From an uncultured Gammaproteobacteria bacterium (GTDB lineage Bacteria; Patescibacteriota; Patescibacteriia; UBA2196): 42,385 bases of DNA. Where the stretch lies: positions 7,093 to 49,477 of the forward strand of contig CAZAVD010000002.1 of assembly GCA_964488715.1 (NCBI GenBank), read 5' to 3'. A program made the position numbers and the translations under genes. Every line of letters starts with the position of its first letter. The first letter of the stretch is position 1. A model generated the notes under the pieces. The model was given only the letters and a program-made list of their open reading frames with translations. It did not search any database and was not told where the DNA came from. Of this stretch, positions 30,601 through 42,385 are shown one piece after another.

Positions 30601-33600
30601 TTATTTATTATTTTTTTCTTCCCCAGCCAACGAATCTTCCTCTACGACTACAACTTTCTTTTTCTTATCTATTCCTTGATCTCTTTCTTCTTGAGTTAAT
30701 TCATTATTAGTCACATCAACAACTTCTTTATTTTTTAATAATTCAACATCTAAACACAAACCTTTTAATTCTCTAACTAAAACATTAAATGATTCTGGAA
30801 TATTTAATTTAGTAATTGGCTCACCATTAATTATATGTTCATAAGCTTTTGACCGTCCTGGCACATCATCAGATTTAATTGTAATCATTTCTTGCAAAGA
30901 ATAAGCTGCCCCATAAGCTTCTAAAGCCCAGACTTCCATTTCCCCAAATCTTTGCCCGCCAAATTGAGCTTTACCACCTAAAGGCTGTTGTGTTACTAAA
31001 GAATACGGTCCAATTGATCGTTGATGTAATTTATCTTCAACCATATGAATCAATTTCATAAAATACATTGAACCAATAATAACTGGGTGATCAAAAGCTT
31101 CTCCAGTTCTTCCATCATATAAAATTTCTTTACCTGTTTCTGAAAAGCCAGCTTTTTTTAATTCTTCTCGGATTTGTTTTTCAGAAATTCCATTAAAAGA
31201 TGGTGTAGCTATTTTATAACCTAAACTTCTACAAGCCATTCCCATATGAGTTTCTAAAATCTGTCCTAAATTCATTCGTGAAGCAACACCTAATGGGTTT
31301 AAAATAATATCAACTGGTGTTCCGTCTTTTAAATGAGGCATGTCTTCTTGAGGAACTACTCTAGAAACAACACCCTTATTCCCGTGTCTGCCAGCCATTT
31401 TATCACCTACTTGAATTTTGCGTAAACTAGCTATTGTAACTTGAATTTGTTTAATTACTCCAGCTTGTAATTTATCGCCATTTTCGCGGGAAAAAATTTG
31501 AATATCAGTTACTTTTCCATGTTCTCCATGTTCCAGACGCAAAGAAGAATCTCGGACTTCTTTTGCTTTTTCACCAAAAATTGCTCGCAATAATCTTTCT
31601 TCAGCTGTTAATTCTGTTTCACCTTTTGGTGTAATTTTCCCTACTAAGATATTACCTGAACTTACTTCAGCTCCTAATCGGATAATACCCTCATCATCTA
31701 AATCATTTAATTTATCTTCTCCAACATTAGGAATATCCCGTGTTATCATTTCTGGACCAAGTTTTGTTTCTCTAATATCAACTGAATAATTTTCAATATG
31801 AATTGATGTATATTTATCTTCACTAACTAATTTATCTGAAACCAAAATCGCATCTTCATAATTACCACCTTGCCAAGGCATAAACGAAATCAATGGATTT
31901 TGACCTAAAGCAATTTCACCTTTATCGCAAGCTGCACCATCTGCTAAAAAATCACCAGCTTTAATTTTATCATTAATACTAACTAATGGTTTTTGATTTA
32001 AACAAGTAGTTTGATTAGAGCGGTCAAATTTAATTAAATCATATTCATCTATTTCATTATCTTTATTTTTAATTTTAATTTTTTTAGCATCAACATAAAT
32101 TACTTGCCCATCTTTACGCGCTAATAAAATTTGCCCTGAATCAGCTGCTGCTTTAAATTCAATTCCTGTTCCAACATAAGGAGCTTCTGGTTTAATCAAT
32201 GGAACTGATTGACGTTGCATATTTGAACCCATTAAAGCTCTACAAGCATCATCATGTTCTAAAAAAGGAATTAAACCAGTTGAAATAGAAATAATTTGAT
32301 TAGATGAAACATCTACTAAATCAATATTTTTAGTATTTTCTAAAACTGGTTCCCCATTTTTTCGCACACTTGCTGTTTCATCTACAAAATTACCATCTTT
32401 ATCAACTAAAGTAGTAGCAGAAGTAATTACATATTTTTCTTCATCAAAAGCATCAAAATAAGCTATGTCTGAACTAACCTTTCCATCTTTTACTTTATAA
32501 TAAGGAGTTTCAATAAAACCAAAATCATTAATACTTGCATAACCTGACAAATGACCAACTAAACCAATATTAGGTCCTTCAGAAGTTTGAATCGGACAAA
32601 TTCGTCCATAATGAGTACGATGAACATCCCGCACTTCAAAACCTGCTCGTTCTCGTGATAAACCACCTGGTCCCATGGCTGACATTCTTCGTTTATGTTC
32701 TAATTCAGCTAATGGATTGGTTTGATCCATAAACTGTGACAATTGCGAAGACATAAAAAAATCTTTAACTGCACCCATAACTGGTCGCGCATTAACTAAT
32801 TGACCTGGCGCGATTTCATTAATATCTAAAGTTGACATTTTATCTTTAATCATTCTTTCCATTCGCGCTAAACCAATACGAAAACGATTTTGAACTAATT
32901 CACCAATAGCCCGCACTCTACGATTTCCCAAGTGATCAATATCATCTGGTTCTTTTTGATTATTATTCAGATGAATAATTTCTTTTATAACATTTACTAA
33001 ATCTTCTGGTTTTAAAATTCTATTTTCTTTAGTTAAAGCATAATCTTGTTCAAATCTTTGATTTAATTTATACCGCCCTACTCTTGCTAAATCATATCTT
33101 TCAAAATTAAAAAACATACTTTCTACTAATTGTTTTGCATCTTCAGATGTAGCTAAATCACCTGGCCGTATTCTTTTATAAACTTCTTTAAATCCATCAG
33201 CTTGAGTTTTGCTTGTATCTTTTTCTAAAGTTGCTGCAATATATTTAATTTCAGGATCTACATCTATGTCTTTAAATAATTCTAAAATTTCTTCATCAGT
33301 TGTCCAGCCAAAAGCGCGCAATAAAGCTGTTACTGCTACTTTTCTTTTTCTGTCAATTTTAACTGTAATAGCATTATTGGTATTTGTTTCAATTTCTAAC
33401 CAAGCTCCACGGTTTGGAATAATTTTTGCTCCATAATATCTTTTTCCTTTATAAAATTCTGAACTAAAAAAAACCCCAGCTGAACGAATCAACTGAGATA
33501 CAATTACCCTTTCAATGCCATTGATAATAAAAGTTCCACGGTCAGTCATTAAAGGAAAATCACCTAAATAAATTTCCTGTTCTTTAGTTACACCAGTTCT

Positions 33601-33885
33601 TTTATTAATAAGTTTGGTTTGAACTCTTAAAGGAGCTTCAAAAGAAGCGTTTCGTGTCTTTGCGCGTACTTCGCTAAACTTTGGTTCATCTAAAAAATAA
33701 TCGCCAAAATAAAGTTCTAAGTCTCGTCCAATAAAATCTTGAATGGGAGAAATTTCTTCAAATAACTCTTTTAATCCTTCTTTAAAAAACCAATCATAAG
33801 ACTTTTTTTGAGTCTCAATTAAATCAGGTAATGGCATAACCCGATTAGTGTCTGTAAAAAATTTGCGTGAAGTTGAATTAGACAT
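30601..33885 (-). CDS. rpoB: DNA-directed RNA polymerase subunit beta
   Basis: Conserved blocks [28 protein letters not shown]; 5-nt gap to rpoC. Confidence 0.97.
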   Translation of the reverse strand: MSNSTSRKFFTDTNRVMPLPDLIETQKKSYDWFFKEGLKELFEEISPIQDFIGRDLELYFGDYFLDEPKFSEVRAKTRNASFEAPLRVQTKLINKRTGVTKEQEIYLGDFPLMTDRGTFIINGIERVIVSQLIRSAGVFFSSEFYKGKRYYGAKIIPNRGAWLEIETNTNNAITVKIDRKRKVAVTALLRAFGWTTDEEILELFKDIDVDPEIKYIAATLEKDTSKTQADGFKEVYKRIRPGDLATSEDAKQLVESMFFNFERYDLARVGRYKLNQRFEQDYALTKENRILKPEDLVNVIKEIIHLNNNQKEPDDIDHLGNRRVRAIGELVQNRFRIGLARMERMIKDKMSTLDINEIAPGQLVNARPVMGAVKDFFMSSQLSQFMDQTNPLAELEHKRRMSAMGPGGLSRERAGFEVRDVHRTHYGRICPIQTSEGPNIGLVGHLSGYASINDFGFIETPYYKVKDGKVSSDIAYFDAFDEEKYVITSATTLVDKDGNFVDETASVRKNGEPVLENTKNIDLVDVSSNQIISISTGLIPFLEHDDACRALMGSNMQRQSVPLIKPEAPYVGTGIEFKAAADSGQILLARKDGQVIYVDAKKIKIKNKDNEIDEYDLIKFDRSNQTTCLNQKPLVSINDKIKAGDFLADGAACDKGEIALGQNPLISFMPWQGGNYEDAILVSDKLVSEDKYTSIHIENYSVDIRETKLGPEMITRDIPNVGEDKLNDLDDEGIIRLGAEVSSGNILVGKITPKGETELTAEERLLRAIFGEKAKEVRDSSLRLEHGEHGKVTDIQIFSRENGDKLQAGVIKQIQVTIASLRKIQVGDKMAGRHGNKGVVSRVVPQEDMPHLKDGTPVDIILNPLGVASRMNLGQILETHMGMACRSLGYKIATPSFNGISEKQIREELKKAGFSETGKEILYDGRTGEAFDHPVIIGSMYFMKLIHMVEDKLHQRSIGPYSLVTQQPLGGKAQFGGQRFGEMEVWALEAYGAAYSLQEMITIKSDDVPGRSKAYEHIINGEPITKLNIPESFNVLVRELKGLCLDVELLKNKEVVDVTNNELTQEERDQGIDKKKKVVVVEEDSLAGEEKNNK

Positions 33886-34103
33886 AGTTTATGCGCGTAA
33901 AAAAAACCATCCCTCCGTTCAACTTATCCACAGGAAGGTTCTTGACTTTTACGTTTTTAGCTATCTAGTTGTAGCTGCCTTCATAAATTGCTAATTTTAG
34001 CGGAAAATTCCGCTTGCCTGAGGCAGAAAAATATATAATAATTTAAACTTTTTACACAATTATATTTAAAATAACATGGTTTGAATTTTGTGTCAAATTT
34101 TTC

Positions 34104-34136
34104 TGTTGGCTCCTGGCTGTGCCTGGAGCCATTTTG
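34104..34136 (+). repeat. GGCTCCAGG-family hairpin, inverted relative to the other copies, with T-run on the plus strand
   Basis: TGTTGGCTCCTGG-CTGTG-CCTGGAGCC then ATTTTGTT; reverse complement aligns with 38743-38769. Confidence 0.7.
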
Positions 34137-34171
34137 TTATTCCATTAAAAATTTATTTTAGAAGAATTATT

Positions 34172-34720
34172 TTATTTTTTTAATTCCTCCAAGGCTTCTT
34201 CATATCGCTTTTTAGCAATTTGTTTTGCTCGTGGGGAATGAATTCTATCAAAAACATATTCTAATTTATTTTTAAACTCATCTTCTTTGCCTTTTTGTTT
34301 ATATTTTCTGGCGTTTCTTAATGCTTTCTCTTCAAAATATGCCAAACAATCTGCATCACATAAAATATTTTGGTCTTCGGTTCCGCCTTCTTCATGATGA
34401 CGAACTAAATCTGAAACTCGCTCAATTATTTTTTCATCAGCTTTTTCTTTTTTTAAAAATTTCTTAATTTCTTTAGCACTCAATTCTTGATGTTTTTTTA
34501 ATTTTTTTGGATCGTCAGAACCAGCTTTCCAATCGCCATAAAAAGCTCTTTCAATATCATGGGATAAACCAGCTATCAACAACTCAACACCAGCATCTGG
34601 TTTTAACTCTTTAACCCAATAAGCAGTTCTCTTTGCGTGAAAAATATCATTTTCATTATTGGCTTTAGTTAAAGCATCAACAATGAATTCTTCTGTTTTA
34701 TTATATAGACCTAAATTCAT
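34172..34720 (-). CDS. HD-domain protein
   Basis: IFHAKRTAYWV and LIAGLSHDIERAF (H...HD). Confidence 0.7.
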   Translation of the reverse strand: MNLGLYNKTEEFIVDALTKANNENDIFHAKRTAYWVKELKPDAGVELLIAGLSHDIERAFYGDWKAGSDDPKKLKKHQELSAKEIKKFLKKEKADEKIIERVSDLVRHHEEGGTEDQNILCDADCLAYFEEKALRNARKYKQKGKEDEFKNKLEYVFDRIHSPRAKQIAKKRYEEALEELKK

Positions 34721-34759
34721 AAAGTTATATTTTACTTATTATTTATTTTAAAACTCCAT

Positions 34760-34791
34760 CCAACGTTAGAGTAACGTTACCCTAACGTTGG
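34760..34791. promoter_or_regulatory. 32-bp near-perfect palindrome with three AACGTT hexamers at 11-bp spacing
   Basis: CCAACGTTAGAGTAACGTTACCCTAACGTTGG; 40-70 nt upstream of the HD gene ATG (34720). Confidence 0.6.
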
Positions 34792-34857
34792 GTAACTATA
34801 TATTAAAATTTTCTTTATCATCTCTATAATCTCTACTTATTATACAATTTGCTTCCA

Positions 34858-34887
34858 CCTGTCATCCCTGCGAAGGCAGGGATCCAG
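34858..34887 (+). repeat. Short-form hairpin repeat CCTGTCATCC-stem-loop-GGATCCAG
   Basis: CCTGTCATCCCTGCGAAGGCAGGGATCCAG. Confidence 0.9.
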
Positions 34888-34976
34888 TTAATGGATTTAA
34901 ATACCCCAATAATACATCAACTTTCCAAAGATTATCACAGAAACCAGGTTTAATTAATTTTAATAAAGTATAAATA

Positions 34977-35006
34977 CTGGATTCCCGCTTTCGCGGGAAT
35001 GACAGG
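34977..35006 (-). repeat. Short-form hairpin repeat
   Basis: Minus strand CCTGTCATTCCCGCGAAAGCGGGAATCCAG. Confidence 0.9.
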
Positions 35007-35011
35007 AAGAG

Positions 35012-35041
35012 CTGGACTCCTGCCTACGCAGGAGTGACAGG
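35012..35041 (-). repeat. Short-form hairpin repeat, 4 nt after the GIY-YIG stop
   Basis: Minus strand CCTGTCACTCCTGCGTAGGCAGGAGTCCAG. Confidence 0.9.
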
Positions 35042-35045
35042 AAAA

Positions 35046-35345
35046 TCAAAACAATTCATCATACAAATCATCCCAATCAGGATTTTCTTCTTCAATTAAT
35101 TTAATCTTCCATTGTCTTTTCCATTTTTTCATTTGTTTTTCTCTTGTTATTGCATCATTTACATAATAATATGTTTCATAATAAACTAATTTATCTACAT
35201 TATATTCTTTAGTAAATCCTTCAATTTCTTTACTTTTATGTTCTTCCACTCTACATGTCAAATCTGAAGTCATTCCAATGTATAAAGTGCCATTTCTTTT
35301 ACTAGCTAGGATATAGACAAAATAGTATTTATCAAATTTTGCCAT
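35046..35345 (-). CDS. Small stand-alone GIY-YIG nuclease, YhbQ/UPF0213-like
   Basis: YFVYILASKRNGTLYIGMTSDLTCRVEEHK, FTKEYNVDKLVYYE, REKQMKKWKRQWKIKLIEEENPDWDDL. Confidence 0.85.
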   Translation of the reverse strand: MAKFDKYYFVYILASKRNGTLYIGMTSDLTCRVEEHKSKEIEGFTKEYNVDKLVYYETYYYVNDAITREKQMKKWKRQWKIKLIEEENPDWDDLYDELF

Positions 35346-35380
35346 ATATGTGGTGGTTTTAATTATTATTTATTTTAAAT

Positions 35381-35408
35381 GGATCCCTGCCTACGCAGGG
35401 ATGACAGG
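35381..35408 (-). repeat. Short-form hairpin repeat, 35 nt upstream of the GIY-YIG ATG
   Basis: Minus strand CCTGTCATCCCTGCGTAGGCAGGGATCC. Confidence 0.9.
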
Positions 35409-35485
35409 TGGTATAAATTTATTATTTTATAAAGTATTAAATGAATATTATCGCTGAAGTCAGAGACTGGAGCCAACATACACGT

Positions 35486-38649
<3,164 letters not shown>

Positions 38650-38730
38650 TTAAATATTTAAATCTTATTTACATATTCATTATAACATAGTGTGGACAAA
38701 TTGTCAATCGCATTTACAATTTGTCCATAC

Positions 38731-38765
38731 ATAAAACAAAAAGGCTCCAGGTGCAACCTGGAGCC
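38731..38765 (-). terminator. Rho-independent terminator (GGCTCCAGG-family hairpin)
   Basis: GGCTCCAGG-TGCAA-CCTGGAGCC perfect 9-bp stem; on minus strand followed by TTTTTGTTTT. Confidence 0.8.
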
Positions 38766-38792
38766 AACACAAAATAAGGGGTGACAAGAACT

Positions 38793-41700
38793 TTACTGCT
38801 CTTGCCAGTTTGGAGCGCGGTAGCAGTAAGAATAATCGCAGACTATGTCTGACATACTTGACTCTAATCCTTCACCATCAATTCCAACAATCCCATAACA
38901 ATAATAATTTTCATCTGCTGGAGTGGCAATATTAATTGGAATAATTTCTTCATCCATATATTCACAAACTCCTCCTGCGCAATCTTCTACTAAAAATTCA
39001 TATAACAAATCTTCAGGCGTGCATTCTACACCACTTTGCTTACCAACACATCTTTTAATATCATAACTAACATTTTCATCTTCTAACCATTGCAATGAAA
39101 TAGACCCACAAACATGTGATGTTGAAACACTTTCTGGCTCACAAACAAGAGTTGTCACACTTAAAGGACAAATTGTTCCACTAGGTTGTTGTGCTCCATT
39201 ACAGCTTGGTGATATAGTAGAATTATTTAAACTATCTGGATTAGAGATAATATATGAATAAGTTGTATTGCTATCTGTTGTTGCATCATCAAAAGAGCAT
39301 CCTAATTCACTGCAAGATTTAGCTGGACTAATAGACGAATAATTATTAAAAGAACTACATCCACTTGTACATCTATCAACAACATAATCTCCAGACTCAT
39401 CATAAATTAAAGACAAATCCCATTCAGCGCTTACTAAATTACAACCACTTGAACTTAAATTAGTTAAATCAAAACTAAAATCACAATCATCTATATCACT
39501 TCCATCTAAAGTCATGGCTGTTAAATTTAATTCTTTGGTTTCAGAATCAGTACTACTATCATTATCTGTTGCAACTAAAGTTACATTAAAAACTGTAGGT
39601 TCAGTAGATTCCTCATCTTCAAATGAATTAAAACTATTAGTCATTATTCTATACTGTGCCTCAATCCATTCTCCACTTCTAACCGTTTCAGATATTCTAA
39701 ATTCATCAACATATGTTCCTGATTGAGCAAGATCTTCTTCTGTTCCAAGATAAATCATTCCAGGATAAGAGTCTTGTTCTTGATCAAATGTATCAACTAA
39801 AGATCCATTTTTATAAAGCCAAAATCTGGCATCATCTCCGCTACCTCCGTTCCAGTCTATGCTTAGAGTATATAAGTCAAAACCACTATTTCCAAAATAT
39901 GTAGTATTTAAATCACGCCCAGCACCATTATTATAATCTGTAAATTTAATATATGGATCTGGCGGATTACCTTGATTTCCAATTGTTAAACCAGACCAAC
40001 GACCAGAAGTAACTACAAATTGATCTGCCCAATTTGATGTTGGAGCTGAAGAAATTCCTTTAACCCAAAAAGATAAAGTCAAATCACTACCATCATAAAT
40101 ACCAGTTGATCTTGGCCAAATACCAGTATTAATAGGTCGTGACATCATATATAGTGTATCAGAAATTTTTCCTCCAGAATTCCATGTCCAAGTGTTTAAT
40201 AATGTTGTATCAGATCTATTACCACTTGAATCAGAAATAATTGTGCCATCACCTTCCATGTGCCAAACTAATCCATAATCATTATTCCAAACTGATGTTT
40301 TGTTCTGATTATCTGAAGCTGAATTATTACCATAATAAATATATATAAAATCTGAATTAGAATTTTTATTAACCCTTGGCACCTTAACCCATACATATGA
40401 ATTTCCTGATTCATTCCAATCTTCAATTTCATAATTTAATTCTGTTGAATCATTACTGTCTACAAATCTAATATCTTCACCATTATCTTGTGTTTGACCA
40501 TAATCAATATTTCCTGAATTTAATACAACCAAAACCGGCACATTATTTAAATTTTCACTAGAAGAACTATTGTTAAAAACAATTTTTCTGCGTTTAGTCC
40601 AATTTTCATCCCACCAACTATCAGCTGAACTTTTTTTTGTTTTAAATAAATTTTTAATAAATTCCCAAGCTTTTTTAAAAACTGATTTTTTTTGTTTTTT
40701 CTGAATTTGAATATTTTTATTTTCCTCAATTTCTTCATTTCTTAATTTCTTATTTTCTTCTTCTCCTCTTACTTCCTTTGCCCCTGCTATACGTGTTGCT
40801 CCATCTAACATCGAAGTATCTCCTGTATCATAATCATGCTGTGGATTTTGCAAACTTGAATGACTGGTTTCATCACCAAAATCCCAATCCCATTCATCTA
40901 TTGTCCCGCCAACATCAGTTGATTCGTCAAAAAATAAGATTGCATTACCAGCAACACGACAAGCTGAAAATTCTGCAGTTGGCGCGCCAACTACAACAGT
41001 GTTTACAATAAAATCAATAACTTCTTCAGTTCCAAATTCAACCCAATATGAATATTCTCCACCATTATCTTTTGCGCGAACTTGCCAATAATAGTTTTCA
41101 TCTGTAAGTGGCGTTGTGCATGCAATATAACCACTACCTGGGCAAGTACTTGGCACTTGATAAACAAAAGATTGTGGAGTTATGTCATCATCAATATATT
41201 CAAAATCAATTATTGGTGAAGAAAAATTAGAATCATTATCAATCTGAATTTGGTATCCAATAATATCATTTGTATCAGGATCTGAAACATCAAATGTAAA
41301 ATATGGAGTTGTATCATCTGTTGATTGGCTTTCAGTTAATGCTCCTGCATCTTCAAATTGAGCTAAATTTATTGGATCATTTGGAATAGTATTTTCTCCT
41401 CCCCCGCCCCCTCCTTCACCTTCTCCTTCTTCTTCATTAACTGTTAATGTAACTGAAGTATCATGAGTTTTCCCACCACCAGTTGCGCTAATTGTTATTG
41501 TATATGGCCCACCAACAGGAGCATCATAAATAGATAATACTGAATCATTAGTTGGTACAACAGAACTTGGATTAAATGTGCAGTTTGCTCCACTCGGACA
41601 ATTGCTAGCTGACAAAGACACACTACTAGAAAATCCATTAATTTCAGTTAATGAAATTGTGTAATTAGTGCTATCGCCTTGATCAATTATTCTAGAAGAT

Positions 41701-42385
41701 GGAAATCTTGAAATTGAAAAATCTGGATCAGTTGGACAATCAACTATAACAGTAATACTTTCTGATTCTGTGCCTTGATTTTCAGCTGTGTCTAAAACAT
41801 GAATTCCATATTCATACGAATGTCCGCAAGTTACTTCATTTGTCCATGATCCAGAATCAGAAGATCCAGTTGTGGAATCATCAGTCCAAACCAAAACCCA
41901 TGCACTACTATTTTTCTTTCTCCAAACTTCGGTTTTATCAAGCCCTGACCCACCAGTATCAGAAACTGTCCAAGCAATATTTAAATTTGTATCTTCAGTT
42001 GTAAAATCTGTTGTATTTCCATCAACTGTAAAAGCATCAACTGTTGGATCATTTTTATCAATTGAATATCTACCAGAACAAATTGCAGATTGATTCCAAT
42101 TCCCATCGCTATCTCTGGCACGAATACATAAATTCCAATCTCCATTTGATGTTCTAGTTATACTTGATCCATTAGTAAAAGTTGATGAGCTTGAAGATCC
42201 AGGATCGCATGAAGAACTAGTTGTCCAGCAATGGCGAGTATAGGTTATACCAGAAGGATCACTTGCTGTAACCACAACACCCACATCCTGATCATCCCAC
42301 TCCCTTGAAGTTGGATTAAAATCAATACCAGGCGCATCAGAATCAAGTGAAATATTTATTGTATCTGACAATGTACTTGAATAAT
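38793..42385 (-). CDS. Giant Cys-rich surface protein: Ig-like/FN3-like repeats, split PKD domain, DUF2341 + LamG module; 5' end outside window
   Basis: WDWDFGDE...HDY (PKD), WWDENWTKRRKIVF...IYIYYGN (DUF2341-like), then a concanavalin/LamG-like region. Frame stays open upstream of the track TTG (42371) to the window edge. Confidence 0.8.
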   Translation of the reverse strand, partial: YSSTLSDTINISLDSDAPGIDFNPTSREWDDQDVGVVVTASDPSGITYTRHCWTTSSSCDPGSSSSSTFTNGSSITRTSNGDWNLCIRARDSDGNWNQSAICSGRYSIDKNDPTVDAFTVDGNTTDFTTEDTNLNIAWTVSDTGGSGLDKTEVWRKKNSSAWVLVWTDDSTTGSSDSGSWTNEVTCGHSYEYGIHVLDTAENQGTESESITVIVDCPTDPDFSISRFPSSRIIDQGDSTNYTISLTEINGFSSSVSLSASNCPSGANCTFNPSSVVPTNDSVLSIYDAPVGGPYTITISATGGGKTHDTSVTLTVNEEEGEGEGGGGGGENTIPNDPINLAQFEDAGALTESQSTDDTTPYFTFDVSDPDTNDIIGYQIQIDNDSNFSSPIIDFEYIDDDITPQSFVYQVPSTCPGSGYIACTTPLTDENYYWQVRAKDNGGEYSYWVEFGTEEVIDFIVNTVVVGAPTAEFSACRVAGNAILFFDESTDVGGTIDEWDWDFGDETSHSSLQNPQHDYDTGDTSMLDGATRIAGAKEVRGEEENKKLRNEEIEENKNIQIQKKQKKSVFKKAWEFIKNLFKTKKSSADSWWDENWTKRRKIVFNNSSSSENLNNVPVLVVLNSGNIDYGQTQDNGEDIRFVDSNDSTELNYEIEDWNESGNSYVWVKVPRVNKNSNSDFIYIYYGNNSASDNQNKTSVWNNDYGLVWHMEGDGTIISDSSGNRSDTTLLNTWTWNSGGKISDTLYMMSRPINTGIWPRSTGIYDGSDLTLSFWVKGISSAPTSNWADQFVVTSGRWSGLTIGNQGNPPDPYIKFTDYNNGAGRDLNTTYFGNSGFDLYTLSIDWNGGSGDDARFWLYKNGSLVDTFDQEQDSYPGMIYLGTEEDLAQSGTYVDEFRISETVRSGEWIEAQYRIMTNSFNSFEDEESTEPTVFNVTLVATDNDSSTDSETKELNLTAMTLDGSDIDDCDFSFDLTNLSSSGCNLVSAEWDLSLIYDESGDYVVDRCTSGCSSFNNYSSISPAKSCSELGCSFDDATTDSNTTYSYIISNPDSLNNSTISPSCNGAQQPSGTICPLSVTTLVCEPESVSTSHVCGSISLQWLEDENVSYDIKRCVGKQSGVECTPEDLLYEFLVEDCAGGVCEYMDEEIIPINIATPADENYYCYGIVGIDGEGLESSMSDIVCDYSYCYRAPNWQEQ

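Noticed and set aside
39597-40817. An intein as the explanation for the large insertion in the PKD domain.
   Set aside because: The insert lacks an N-terminal Cys/Ser nucleophile, a C-terminal HN plus Cys/Ser/Thr junction and homing-endonuclease blocks. It instead shows DUF2341 and LamG-like sequence.
40978-40993. The 16-bp perfect palindrome AGTTGGCGCGCCAACT inside the giant gene, and the GGCGCGCC-containing palindrome in leuS (about 5937-5950).
   Set aside because: The leuS site encodes the conserved YWGAPIPI block. The other is isolated, with no family resemblance to the repeat elements. Both are probably coincidental.

Overview
AT-rich bacterial chromosomal segment (GC looks near 30 percent by eye, not computed). 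Long same-strand runs of compact housekeeping genes (rsmA, tsaC, leuS, pilB, ftsH, S1, gyrA, rpoC, rpoB, ligA) are interrupted by small accessory patches. The genetic code is standard: TGA, TAA and TAG all terminate well-supported genes. The gene style (tiny intergenic gaps, PilB, a giant Cys-rich DUF2341/LamG surface protein, Cas2/PaaX-like mini-regulators) suggests an uncultivated small-genome lineage such as Patescibacteria/CPR; this is inference only. Three things stand out. (1) Two paralogous wHTH + Cas2-like (PaaX-like) genes (9175-9729, 24714-25232) are each bracketed, at near-identical offsets, by their own pair of GC-rich palindromes showing mirrored (compensatory) substitutions. The second heads a 4.7-kb accessory island between gyrA and rpoC. 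That island holds a PolB-type 3'-5' exonuclease, a DUF4258-like toxin, a CorA-like membrane protein preceded by an in-frame TAA, two tiny proteins, and a divergent acidic protein whose promoter carries a G9 tract in a 19-nt spacer. (2) Several short repeat families lie between genes and also in frame inside essential genes (rsmA, tsaC, leuS, gyrA, ligA), reminiscent of Rickettsia palindromic elements. They include GTCATCC...GGATC hairpins, GGCTCCAGG hairpins, an AT-rich heptad element with core GGAAATTGTATCTTGGAA, and unique GC palindromes. Four copies of the short hairpin surround a YhbQ-type GIY-YIG nuclease gene. (3) A giant surface protein has a PKD domain that appears split by a nested DUF2341-LamG module. 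No rRNA, CRISPR array, transposase or integrase gene was recognised. All folding, alignment and motif counts were done by eye and need computational confirmation.
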